A DNA stretch of 63,242 nt, counting the filler, from Klebsormidium nitens (Eukaryota; Plantae; Klebsormidiophyceae), in the NCBI GenBank assembly GCA_000708835.1. It is 7 parts of 7 records of this genome, joined end to end, with 100 filler letters (N's around TTAATTAATTAA, not from the genome) between each part and the next. Parts side by side here need not be neighbours in the genome. Positions count along the whole stretch, not along the records: positions 47,426 to 54,367 come from DF238323.1; positions 54,468 to 58,670 come from DF237441.1; positions 58,771 to 62,066 come from DF238588.1; 4 more parts are not named here. One strand, given 5' to 3'. How positions within the stretch are numbered: position 1 is the first letter of the stretch; the number at the start of each line of letters is the position of its first letter. The notes under the pieces were generated by a model that saw only the letters and a list, made by a program, of their open reading frames with translations, searched no databases and was not told the origin of the DNA. Below are positions 47,427 through 59,068 of this stretch, piece by piece. A program made the position numbers and the translations under genes.

Positions 47427-50400
47427 TCCTAGGGCCTCGTCCCCGTCCGCAATTGGCCCTCCCGCCGGTCCCAACGCTCTGCCTTCCCCCGCCGGCGCCT
47501 CTTCTCCGGCTCCTCACGGTTCGGGCTCTTGCGTTGCGCTCTGATCATCCGAAATTTCAACCAGGCCGAGCAGCATCGGCATCTTCTCCTCCTCATCGCC
47601 CTCGCTCTCGCTGTCGCTTGCGTCTGCTCGGCGGCCCCTCCTCGTCCATGACCGGCCACAGCCCCGTCCCTAGCTCCCAACTGTCCGCGTCTCCCCCCCC
47701 GGGCGGGAGGTTCCAACTGCCGTCAGCCAGGAAAGCCCGTGGGAGCGTGCCCAGGCCCACGTCGCGCTCGTAGTCCACCGGGAAATAGCCCTCTGCCTCG
47801 CCCGCGTGCTCTCTGCCCTGGCGCCACCCCACTCGGTACCGCACCTGCTCCCGCCACGCGTCGATCACCATCCCCATCGACCAGAGCACCACGTTGCCCA
47901 CAAGGAAGTCGTACGGCGCCTGCGTCACGACTGTGCGCGCCCGAATTGAGGTCTCCGCTGCCGTCCCCTTGTTGAAAACAAACTCTACCGGCTCTTGGGT
48001 GAGGGGTAAGGGCTTGGAGGACTTCCCGTCCGCCAGCCCTAGCGTCACGGCGTCAGGGATGATGTTGTCTTTGCCCCAGCCGAGCTGCTTCATCCCCTTC
48101 TTCCCGATCAACAACGGCATCGCACCGGTGTCGAGGATGGCTGTTCCCGTCAGCGGCTTGCCGTTCACCCACACCCTGCGCTCCTCTGTCCGGATCACCG
48201 GCGCCTTTACTCTCTCCAGCCGCCGGTCCCCACGGAACGCCGGTAAGTCTCTCATTCTTTGCGCCAACAGGGCGCGCGCCGATGGCTCTACCATTTCGAG
48301 GTAGGACGCGGCCCCCTCGAGCGCTGTTGCCATTTGCGCCGGTGGAGAAGGTGGCGGCGGTTCCACCCTGGGTCTGCGGCGGGGCGGGAAGTACTCCACC
48401 CACTCTGCCGGCGGTTCATACCCCTGGGGTGGGTATCGGAAGGAGCTGGTATGGGGTTCGGGGTGGGAGAAAAACGGGTTCTGCTCACATTCCGGTGGGT
48501 AGGGGCCCGGGGCTTCGTCCATCCCCCATTCGAGGCTGGTGCTGCCCGGCCAGTGCGCCTCAATATACGCCTACTGGTCCTTCAGTAGATCCTCCTTCAT
48601 GTTGCTGCGCCGCCGGTGCTTCGCCGCTTCCAGGCTCTCATGAATCATCATCGCGATTGTGAGCCTGCGCTTAGGCCGCGCCGGCTCTGGCGGCGGTGGC
48701 GGCGGCGGCGGCACGCTTCATGCATACCTCGGCCCGGCCTCCCCACGCGCCGGCTCCTGTTCCTTAGGCTGCGCTGGCGGGGTTTCTGCTCGACCTTCCC
48801 GTTCTGCCTCACCCCTTGTCCTCGCCGGCCTCGTCTCCACCTGGGTTTTCGTCCTCTGGTTCCGCTTGTTGCGCCGGCTTCTGGGTTGCTGCCCTCCCTC
48901 GCCGGTTTCTCAGGGGGTAGCGCGCCAACCCCAGCGCCTCTTTCATCCAGCTGTCGTCCCCGCGCTCATCCTCATCCGGGACTTCGGCCCACGGGTCGTT
49001 TGCGGCCTGTTCTTGCCAAAGTTGGAGCAGGGCGCCTGCCGAGATCTCCTCCTCGGTTTGCTCTGCCCCCCTGGCTTCCGGCTCAGGTTCCCGCTCCGGT
49101 TCAGGCTCCGGCACAGCCTCTTCCACCTTCTGTTTCCCCTTCCGCCGGCGCTTCCGCTCCTCTTCATCCTCTTGCGCGGCCGCAACCTCTGCCGGCGGCC
49201 CCTCCGCCTCCCGTGACGCCTCAGCCAGCACGTTAGGGGTGGAAGCAGGGCCATCGGGCGGCGCGGGCAGGACCAGGGGCTCAACCCCTTCCTCCACGAC
49301 CGCCTGCCGCTTCCTAGGAGAGCTTCGCACCGGGGGGTTGGTGGGTTCACCTCAGGTTTGGGCGCCGGCGGCACTTTGGGTTTCGCCGCGGGCTTCCTCC
49401 TGGACTTGGGTGACGGCTTCTCCTCGCCGGCGGCTAGTTCTGCCGCTGCTGCAGTCGGCGCCGGCTGCAGCATCGACCCAAGGGGTTTGGACCGCGGGGG
49501 TGCGAGTTCCCCCATTCCTTCTGAGGGCGTGGGCTTGGGGCCGACCAGCTTGTACCGCGTCGCGAACGCCGGCGGTTCTGGCAGCTTCCTCTTCTTCTTC
49601 TTGAGGAACCCCCTGATAAGCGCCGTGCCGTACGTCTCCGCCGCTTGCGCCCGCCACTGGTCGACCAGCTTGTACCGCGTCGCGAACGCCGGCGGTTCTG
49701 GCAGCTTCCTCTTCTTCTTCTTGAGGAACCCCCTGATAAGCGCCGTGCCGTACGTCTCCGCCGCTTGCGCCCGCCACTGGTCAATTGGCACTTCGACCGC
49801 CTCCCCGCACTTCTCGCTGCGTCCCCGGTTCTGTTCTTGGTCAGGGTTGGGGCCGACCGTGACCAGCTCTTCGCTGTCCATGGGTTTCTTGGACATCCGG
49901 CCTGGCAACCGGACCATCTCGGCGAAGTCTGGTCGCTGGGGTTCCCGCTGCTCCCGTCGCTGGCGGAAGAGCTCTAGCAGGTCTGTCCCCACTCGCGCCA
50001 GCGCCTGGTAGACAAAATCATACCAGACCGTGGTCCGCGCGTATGCCCCTTCCTTCTTGATCGCGCGCTTGTACTCCAGCACCGCGTGAGCCCAGTAGTT
50101 GAGGTACCCGTGCAGCTCGTTGTCTTTGAGCTCGTTCCACTGCGGGCTCTTCTTGCGATCGGTGCGAGAGGTTCTCCAGCTCGGGGTTATGAGCACCTGG
50201 GCGAACGGGTCCTCCGGGTTGCCCAGAAAGCCTCTCTCCAGGACGGTCAGATGGTTCTCCATTTCCCCGCGCCCGCGTTCCCTGGGGTTTGGCGAGAAGA
50301 TCCAAAAATCCGTCTTCCTGGTTAACTCCGTTGCCGTGGGTGAAGGGGCCACAAGAGCCTCCTCCTCGGACGAAGTTACTTATGTGCTTGAGGGATCTAT

Positions 50401-52780
50401 CCCCCCCGGCTCTCGGGCACCTTCACCGCCCCTGTTCTGCTCTGCCGGCACTGGCGCCGGCTCCCCTTGCACCTCTGCTTCTGCCCGCTCAGGCCCCTCG
50501 GCTACCTCCTCCTCCCTTTTTCCTTTTTCCTTCTCTTCTTCTTCCATGGGCGTCGCCTCTTTTTCTGGCGGCGGTTCCTTTTCCTCTGGATCAGGGGGGT
50601 TTTCTCCTGGGTCTCCTCCCGACGCTCCCCCCCCTGCCGGCTGATCCGCGGCGCCCATTTCTTCGTCTCGCCCCGCTTCTTCTTCTGCCGGCGGTGGTGG
50701 CCCTCCTGCCAGCATGTCCGCATCCTCCATTTCTTGGTCTGGGGCCGCATCTGCGTCTGCCGGTGGTGGCGTCCCCTCTGCCGGTGCGTCCGCTGCCTCC
50801 TTCCCTTGGTTTGGGGGCTCGTCCGCATTTGCCGGCAGCGGTGGACCAAGCGCCAGGTAGTCCAGCCCCCTCTCCATCTCCTCTTCTGCCGGCAAGGGCT
50901 TCGCCGCTGCGGCCTTCCCCTTGGCCGGCTGCGTGGGCTCATCAGAGGAGCTCTTGGCTGAGGAGTTGTCCTCCCTCTCTGGGCCACGCACAATGAAGTC
51001 GTCCATGGAATCCCCCGACTCGCTGTCAGAGTCATCCGGTTCAGACCCCTTGCGTACTTTGCGCTTGACTGGATGCGCCCGCTTCTTTGCGCCCCCGATC
51101 CCCGTCCTCTGAGCAGCGGCCGCACGCCCGCGGGTTTGGCGCTGTGCGCGCACCTTCTCCATTGTTTGACACTTCGGCGGTTCCTCCGCCTGGGGTTTCG
51201 GTTTGCGCGGTTTGGGGTCGTGGTACGGGATATGGCGGTCCATGAGGTCGGAGCCTATGTGGGCGGAGGCCTCGAAGATGAAGATCTCGGGCATGGACAT
51301 CTCTTCAAGGGTTTGGCGGGCTTCGGCTCTGGGCGGAGGGGGTGTGAGGGGGTCGTCGTTGTCACTCGCCAGGGTGGCCTCTGGCACTTCTTCCACCCCC
51401 GCTGTGGTGAACATCTGGGCGTACTCGTCTGGCAACACCTTGACGTTCACCCTGGGGACTGGCTTCATGTCGAACTCGAGGTCCCGTCCCTTGCGCCCCC
51501 GCCGCACCTTCTTGCCTTGAAGCGCCACCTCCTCCGCAGCCTCCAGCTTGTTGAGAGTTTGGTCCAGTTCATCCCACACGATCCGCGTCTCCTGCGCTTT
51601 TGCCGCCATGTCATAGGCCTCCTGCAGCTTCTTGGCCTGCGCCGCGTCGTCTGGCTCTCCGTCGCCGGCGGTGCCTGACGGCCCCGCCTCGTCGGCGAAG
51701 TATACCGGCGCCGGCGCCCCCGTTGCCACTCCCCGACGCCTCACAGTCTCACCCGGGATGGGTCCCACCCGCGGGTCTTCCAACAGCTTCTCGCGCACTC
51801 CCACCAGGTCCATGCCTTCGAGCCCCTGGTAGCGCGCGTCCGTTGGGGCATATTCTTGGAAAGCGGGGGGCAGGCGAACCTCATGGGTTTCCTGTGAATC
51901 TTCCCCCCGCGCAGCCCGCCTTCTTCTTGCCGGCACCTCTTCCTCAGGTTCTTCCTCCCCCTCGGTCTCAGGTTCCGGTGGCGGCCGCTCTCCTTTGGGC
52001 TTGAACGGCGGCGGCGGACCTCCCTTGCGCAGGCGGTCCTCCTTGGCTCGAGCAGCCAGCCGATCAGCCTCGCCACGCGCGCGCGCGGCTGGGGTGGTGT
52101 CGCGCTGCGCCTGCGTACTGGGGCGCAGCTCCGGCCCCTCGTCCGCCATTACCGCCAGGGCCCGCAGATGCGCCGGCGCTCCCCTCACAGTCGCTGACCA
52201 CGCCATGAAGGGGCTCCACTGGTCGTCCTCCTCCTCAGAGTCCTCCTCAGCGTCGAGTGCCGCGTACGCGTTCTTCGGCTTTCCCCTTTTCGGGTTGACG
52301 GCAGGCCTGGGCGCGTTCTCACCCCTTTTCTTCCACTTCTTTGGGCGCTTTTCCGGGAACTTCTCTCAGCACTCATGGCTCTTGTGGGAGTCCTTCCGCC
52401 CGCAGTGAGCGCAGACGGCCCCCGGGTCCCTAGGGTGAGCCTATGCCCTCCGTACATATGGGCTATCTCGCTGGGCCCCTTGTTGATCCACCAGTAACGT
52501 ACCGCGTGGGCCCCTTGGGTCGGGTCGTATTCTCCGCGGGGCAGTCCCTCTCCTTCGAGCACCGCCTTCCAGCTGGGGGACACGTCTACCGACACCCGGT
52601 TGTACTAGTTGTCTTCGATGTCGAACCCCGGGTTGTCCCCCATCGGGTCCAACCCCCGGCTGAACAACTCGATCCCCCGGTCCTTCTCTTTGGGAGTGCT
52701 CCCTCGCAGGGACGACGGGACTTCATGTTTTTTCGCAGAGGCGGCTGGGTCCACCGCCCTCTGCGTCGCTGCCGCGCTCA
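47427..52780 (-). mobile_element. GC-rich gypsy-like retrotransposon: gag zinc knuckle, very long low-complexity region, retropepsin; RT not seen
   Basis: Knuckle CAHCGRKDSHKSHEC (~52414-52370) is in frame, via one TGA, with ORF 52206-50380. Then ORFs 50352-48943 and 49330-48809, then protease ORF 48522-47593 (VWVNGKPLTGTAILDTGAMPLLIG..YDFLVGN). Confidence 0.75.
49542..49782. repeat. Perfect in-frame 120-bp tandem duplication
   Basis: 49542-49661 is identical to 49662-49781 and duplicates DQWRAQAAETYGTALIRGFLKKKKRKLPEPPAFATRYKLV. Confidence 0.95.
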
Positions 52781-54247
52781 CCTTCTGCTTCACCGCACCG
52801 TGGGTTTTTGCTCTCCCCCTCCGGTTCCTCAAGGGATAACGCGCCGACCCCAACGCTTTCTGCAGCCAACTGTCGTCCTCCAGTTCGTCCTCATCCGGGT
52901 ATCCGGGTGTTGGGCCCACATGTCGTTTGCGACCCGTTCTTGCCGAAGTTGGAGGAGGGCGTCCGCCGAGATCGCCTCCTCGCTTTTTGCCGCCCCCGCA
53001 CCCTCTAGCTCAGGCTCCGGCCGCCTCCGGCTCCGGCTCAGCCTCCTCCACCTTTTGATTCCCCTTCCCCCGGCGCTTCCGCTCTTCTTCATCCTCTTGC
53101 GCGGGGCCCCGCAATCTCGGCCGGCGGCCCCTCGGCCACCCGTGACGTTCCAGCCAGCACGTCAGGAGTGGAAGCAGGGCCACCGGACGGCGCAGGAAGG
53201 ACCAGGGCCCCAACCCCTTCCTCCGCGACCGTCTGCCGCTTCCTAGGAGAGCTTCGCACCGGTGGGGTTGGTGGGTTGTCCACAAGTTTTGGCGCCTGCG
53301 GCTCTTTGGGTTTAGCCGCGGGCTTCTTCCTGGACTTGGGCAACGGCTTCTCCTCGCCAGCGGCTAGTTATGCCGCTGCTGCAGTCGGCGCCGGCCGCAG
53401 CATCGACCCAAGGGTTTGGACCGCGGGTGTGCGAGTTCCCCCATTCCTTCTCGGGCCGTGGGTTTGTGGCCGACCAGCTTGTACCGCGTCACGAACGCTG
53501 GCGTCTCCAGCAACTTCCTCTTCTTCTTCTTGAGGAACTCCGTGATCAGCGCCGTGCCGTACGTCTCTGCCGCCTGCGCTCCCCACCGGTCAATTGGCAT
53601 CTTGAACGCCCCCCCGCACTTTCCGATGCGTCCCCGGTTCAGTTCTTGGTCGGGGGGGTTGGGACCGACCGTGACCAGCTCTTCGCTGTCCATGGGTTTC
53701 TGGCCGGCTCGGCAACCGGACCATCTCGGCGAAGTCTGGTCGCTACCTGGTTCTCGCTGCTCCCGTCGCTGGCAGAAGAGCTCCAGCAAGTCTATCCCCA
53801 CCCGGGCCAGCGCCTGATAGACAAACTGGTACAAGGCCGTGGTTCGAGCGTCTACTCCTTGTTTCTTGCTCGCGCGCATGTACTCCAACACCGCGTGAGC
53901 ACAGTAGTTGAGGTACCCGTGGAGCTCGTTGTCCTTGAGCTTATTCCACTGCGGGCCCTTTTTGCGGTTGGCGCAAGAGGTTTTCCAGGTCGGGGTTATG
54001 AGCCCTGTGGCGAACGGGTCTTCCAGGTTGCGCAAAATTATCCTCTCTCCAGGATGGTCAGATGGTTCTCCATTTCCCTGCGCCCGCGTTCCTTGGGGTT
54101 TGGTGAGAAGATATAAAACTTTGTCCTCGTGGTTAACTCTCGGCGTGCGTGAAGGGGCCTCAAGAGCCTCGTCTTCGTTTGAGGTTACTTATGTGCTTAA
54201 GGGATCTACCCCCCCCGGCTCTTGGGCACGTTCACCGCCCCCGCTCC
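52780..54247 (-). mobile_element. Second, diverged partial copy of the GC-rich gypsy-like element (matches ~48900-50420)
   Basis: Colinear homology, e.g. QWNKLKDNELHGYLNYCAHAVLEY vs QWNELKDNELHGYLNYWAHAVLEY and ARYPLRNRRGRA in both. Has only one copy of the 120-bp unit. Homology stops at 54247. Confidence 0.8.
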
Positions 54248-54367
54248 TGTAACGATTACGACTGGTTAAGCCTAACCTCGTTCTCGACAGGATTTCGTTG
54301 ACCGCGAGTTAGCGAAACGGCGGTGGTTACGTCTTAACGACGCACTGCGTAGCTGTCTGCAAGACGG
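54248..54367 (+). repeat. Probable LTR terminus inserted into the second copy
   Basis: Begins TGTAACG exactly where homology to 50420 ends; its reverse complement CGTTACA equals the LTR end of gypsy element 2. Runs into a gap. Confidence 0.45.
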
Positions 54368-55557
54368 NNNNNNNNNNNNNNNNNNNNNNNNNNNNNNNNN
54401 NNNNNNNNNNNTTAATTAATTAANNNNNNNNNNNNNNNNNNNNNNNNNNNNNNNNNNNNNNNNNNNNGTCCGCGTATATCTAGCCTGTGGCGCCGCGCTA
54501 CAAGGACTGCGCAGGGGGCCCAGCGAGGGGCTGAAAAGTCGGAGGGGAAGGACAAGGGGAAGAAAAGAACAGCGCAGGGGCCGGAAGAAGGGGCTAAAAC
54601 GGAGAAGCTACCTGAGAACCGCAAAGAGACGAAAGCGAAGCAGGGGCCTGGCGTAGGGGCTAAACCGTCCGGAGAGCGTGCCGAGGTGGATGCCGGAGCG
54701 TTGGAGGAGTCCCAGGGAGGCGCAGAGAAGTCGAAGCGGGGGACAAAGAGGGGGAAGGAAGCAGAGGAGCCGGGAGGAGAGAGCGGCGAAGCCTCTAGAA
54801 CGGTGAAGTGGAGGGGGAGAAAGCAGAGAAGGAGGCGCAGACGGGGGCGGAGTTGTCCCAGGGGGATACGGAAGCCGGAAAGAAGCGCCGGGGAGGGACA
54901 TAATCGTGCAGAAGGAGAGAAGACAGTGGCTTGACCGTCTGCAAACTTTAGAAAGGGTGCGAAATTGTACATAGCGACTGCGTCCACTAAGGTCACAACT
55001 TGCGGTAAAATAGAAAGCAAAGTGTACGTCTGTTCTAACCGCACTTGAAGCACGGGTTGTTGTCACGGTGGAGTGAGCAGTATAGCGCACGAGATCCCAA
55101 AGACGTTCTAGGAGCATAGAATCTGTGATTGTGCGTAGCTGTACATTCGATGCAAGCAGCAAACTTCGTTAATGCTAGAGGCTGTATGATAGTTGCAAGT
55201 AGGGTAGCAAGGCGTCGTCATTAGATAACAGTACGTGCCAAGCACTGCTTGTCCTTTGAGACCTTACCCAAAAATGCCCGAAATGCAATGAGGGAGTTTC
55301 CAAGGAATTCCGACATAGGCCAATCATATGTCAAATATTCACAATACGATACATGTCGACGTGCTTACATCATGATCGTGACCTAATCCAATCAAGTCAT
55401 TTAATCTCTTTTTTGATTTTGCAATGAGTACAATCTGGCTGGCGTGTGTCACTGTTAAAAGTATTATATGCTGTCACGAATGGAGCTCCACTACATTACG
55501 AAAGTCAAGACGACGAACCCTTAAAGTGTTTATGGTGTCCGCCTTATAGCAACTAAT

Positions 55558-56758
55558 CTACTTCACATGATCCCTCCGGCGCGGCGACTTTCTGGCCCCC
55601 CTCTCAAGCCGCTCCCTTCCCCATCTTTCCACCCTGCTTCGACGTTTCAGCTCCTCCCTGAGGCCCATGTGCAGCTTCCCGAGCCCCGCGCTCCGCAGCC
55701 ATTCGCGTCTGGCGTTGCAACTCCGCCTTCTGCGCCCGTTTAGCATCCTTTGTCGCCCTCTCTCTTGCCTCCCGTTCGATTTGATTTGCGGTCTTCCACC
55801 TCTTCTCGTCCGCTTTGCCGGGGTCGTACTCGACCTTCTCACGTTTGTGCCCGAGGCGTGCTCCACGGCGGCTTGCAAGGGCAGAGTGTTGTCTTCATTC
55901 CGAATCCCGCGGATCGTGCGCGCTAGGTCCAGGTCCTTCTTCTAAAGGGTCTTCCGCTTGCCGTGCGCCTGGCAGAAGATCGCGTCACCGAACAGCCCTA
56001 CGCCAAAGGCATGAGTTGCCTCCAACAGGGCGTCCAACGCCGACGCCTGCCACCTGGAGGCAAGCTTGCCAATCCGGATCAGCACTAAGATAAAGGGGCA
56101 CAGCTTCGTAACCGCACGCCGTCTCAAAAACAAGATTATTTGCTCACTTTTGAATATTCCACGTCCATACTTGGAGACGTTGATCGATTCAGCCACTTGC
56201 TCGAGCTCATGCCGTATCAACACTTAGGCATTCCAAGCCAGGTGGAACTGCATACCTGAACTTGCCGTCTTCGTCGGTACCAAGCCGCCGGGCAGTCTCT
56301 GCATCGCATAGCTCGCGCACGAGACGAGCAGACGAGAGTCGCGGGATGAGCGGGTCCGTGCTCTTCTGGTACTTGCGGATCTCCCTAAGAGCTAGCTAGA
56401 GTTCCCGGCCCGTACCGACGCGTCTTCTTCTCTGGTTGGGGATTGCCAGCGCCTTCCGGCGCCTTACGCTTAAAGCCTGTCGAAACATGGCCCGTTCAAA
56501 CTATGAGCAATGATTGAGATGGATGCACTGTGCTTGAAACAAGAAAGCACAGATTGGCAAAAGGCCATAAGGCAGAGCGTGCAATTGATTCCACTGTCAA
56601 AAAATTGAACAACCAAAGCTCGTAGGAACTGCGGAATGAGGTGAACCTGACTACCGTACCTTTGCCAGCCTGTGTGTTCTGACTTTCCGGTGCCTTTCCC
56701 TTGCCGCTTGCCGTTGCCTTGAGGTTTGCGCCCTTTACCCCACTGCGCTTCTTCTCCG
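55558..56758 (-). pseudogene. Divergent histone H3 variant with CenH3 hallmarks; frameshift plus nonsense codon; C-terminal extension
   Basis: Phase-compatible exons 56758-56660, 56476-56256 and 56053-55558: ..ATASGKGKAPESQNTQAGK|GFKRKAPEG..KKTRRYGPGTLA[+AGCT]LREIRKYQKSTDPLIPRLSSARLVRELCDAETARRLGTDEDGKFR|WQASALDALLEATHAFGVGLFGDAIFCQAHGKRKTL*KKDLDLARTIRG.. Extra 4 nt at ~56390-56397; TAG at 55944-55942. Confidence 0.85.
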
Positions 56759-57243
56759 CTGGTGCATAAAATACTCAAGATGAGAGCCCACCATATTGAG
56801 CATGCACCGGGTCCAAACAAGCATGCGAGCTTGGGATGTTGGGACAGCAGAGGCCCATATCAGCTGCTTCTAGCTGAGATAGTGCAATATTATCCCAAAG
56901 CGCACTCATGACCCGTTTTTGGTAAACAAACCGTCTGCCACGAAAACGGAAGAAGCTGCTTAGAGCCGAGATTGACCGCACTGTATACCATAAAGCGATC
57001 ATACATCCAGTTTGGGAAATGAACCAATAAGCCCTTTGAAAATCGAGAAAGCGGATTGCTCATCCGCGGTCGTTGCATGCTTCCCACCCGCGGCCTTGCT
57101 GCTAGCACCTTCTTGTGCCCTCTCCTTCCCAGTGCCGCCAGCTGTAGCTGGACTGCCTGCATGCACCGCCGCCCCGACCACCGGCCTTCCCTTGTCCCCG
57201 AGCGGCTTTGGAGGCGCTACGTAACTCCTTATGATATATTGAT

Positions 57244-57942
57244 TTACGCCTTCGCTGCTCTACCTCTTCCTCCTGAGCCCCATTCTGTGCCCCGTGTTAT
57301 ATCCTGGTGTGCAAGTCCTTGGATGAAAGCCTGAAGCTCGTCCATCTGTGCCCGGGTCGGAGGCTCGAGCGTAATGTCCTCCTTTTCTACAACCAAAGGG
57401 GGCTCCGGCTGGATTGCTGCCAGCGGATCGAACATATCAACACCGGTCCCTAGCTTCATGGTCCCATCCCCCCCACTAACCTCTGGCTGTTCTGCCCCAT
57501 CCTCTGCAAGCACATCGTTTTGCTGTGCACGTTCATGCAAAATTTCCTCCAACTCCTCCGCTGTCCAATGCTTCAGGGACATAATGTCCATATCTTCATC
57601 GTCATCAAACTCACCCGCGTTAAACTTTTCTGCAAAAGTGGCTGCGTCTTCCCCCTGATGCTGTGCAATATACGCTCTAATTTTTGCTTTCTTTTGTTTC
57701 GCTTCTTCATTACCCCAGTTCTCGTCAATAAACGCAAAAGGGTCTATGTAAACCAATTTGAAAAGGTCTGGCACCTGGGCATCCGCCGCAAGCCCAGCAC
57801 GTTCTGTATCTGATAGTTCAGCCAGTGTCTGCGCCCCCTCCATTTCCGAAGCTTCCTCTCCCTGCGCCAGCGCCATCTCCTTTTGTGAAGCTACCTCTGC
57901 CTCAGCATTAAAAGCAGAGAGCAGGTTCCGTTTTTCTCTCAT
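57244..57942 (-). CDS. Acidic ORF of unknown function, possibly an upstream exon of the H3-like gene
   Basis: Stop-free ~232-codon D/E-rich frame (MREKRNLLSAFNAEAEV..FDDDEDMDIM..GSGGRGRAAKA*), same strand as and directly upstream of the H3-tail-like exons. Confidence 0.5.
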   Translation of the reverse strand: MREKRNLLSAFNAEAEVASQKEMALAQGEEASEMEGAQTLAELSDTERAGLAADAQVPDLFKLVYIDPFAFIDENWGNEEAKQKKAKIRAYIAQHQGEDAATFAEKFNAGEFDDDEDMDIMSLKHWTAEELEEILHERAQQNDVLAEDGAEQPEVSGGDGTMKLGTGVDMFDPLAAIQPEPPLVVEKEDITLEPPTRAQMDELQAFIQGLAHQDITRGTEWGSGGRGRAAKA

Positions 57943-59068
57943 GATGAGCGCTCGGCCCGGAATATTGGAATTAATGGAGACTTGCAACTGCCCCGCAGAG
58001 CGCCCTAGCTTTGAGCGACGGTATAGAAATGGAAATTGAGAGTTCCGGGCGGCGCTTGCAACCCTAGAACTTTTGTGACTTCGAAAAATTGGCAGTCGAT
58101 TTCGATATGTGGGAAGAACAGAATTCCATACACTACTGCCCACCCGTCGAACGCCCACGAAGCAGGATGTGGCAGACTGAAGTCCACTGATCTAGGCCTT
58201 GAGACTGCCCAAATATACCTTTGAAAACCCTACTATTTGGTTTCCTTGCTCAGCTCGACTGCCCTTGAAAACCCTAAATACAAAAATCACAAGATCCTCC
58301 GCCAAACCGGGAAAATGGTGTAGTCCAAGGGACTACTGCTGTAAACGTGGTCATCAAGCCGACAAAACCCTGCTAGAGCAGCACGCGTGATATCAAAATA
58401 GTAGTCTCTGGAAGGTGTTTGTGAAATGGTACGCCCTAAGCACTGTTGTGCGCACAACTTCAACGCGCGCGGCACATAGCGGCACTACCACTGCGGCGCG
58501 GACTTATTGTCGGCAGGTCACCGGCAAGCAGTCGGCGGTCACGGCCCAGAGCATGCACACATGCGGCAGGCCGGGGATGTTGGGCATCGGTGACAGGTCG
58601 GCAAATACGCCTGCCGCCCAGCTGCCCAGCAATGCTCCGTGCCGCGCAAGTGCCGGGGTTGAAACGTTCTNNNNNNNNNNNNNNNNNNNNNNNNNNNNNN
58701 NNNNNNNNNNNNNNTTAATTAATTAANNNNNNNNNNNNNNNNNNNNNNNNNNNNNNNNNNNNNNNNNNNNCCGCTGAATGCAGTTTATTAATTCTTGTGT
58801 TATAGTTACTGTAGCCTGACTGTAGTTAAGCTGTCTCCCCAAGCCGTGTTTAAGGTTTTACTCTTCAATGATCACTTTTCCAGGAAGTTAAGCGCCAAAT
58901 CGAGAAATTTGTGCTAGTAAAGAGGAAATAATGAGATTCAACGCGTCCGCGATGAGTCATTAAACTATGATTCGATTGCTAACCCGTATTGCTTTTCTTT
59001 CTCATATTAGTTGGATGCTCGAACGTTTTCTACCAGCTGGCACAGTGGTTGAAGCTCTCCTGCTGTTC

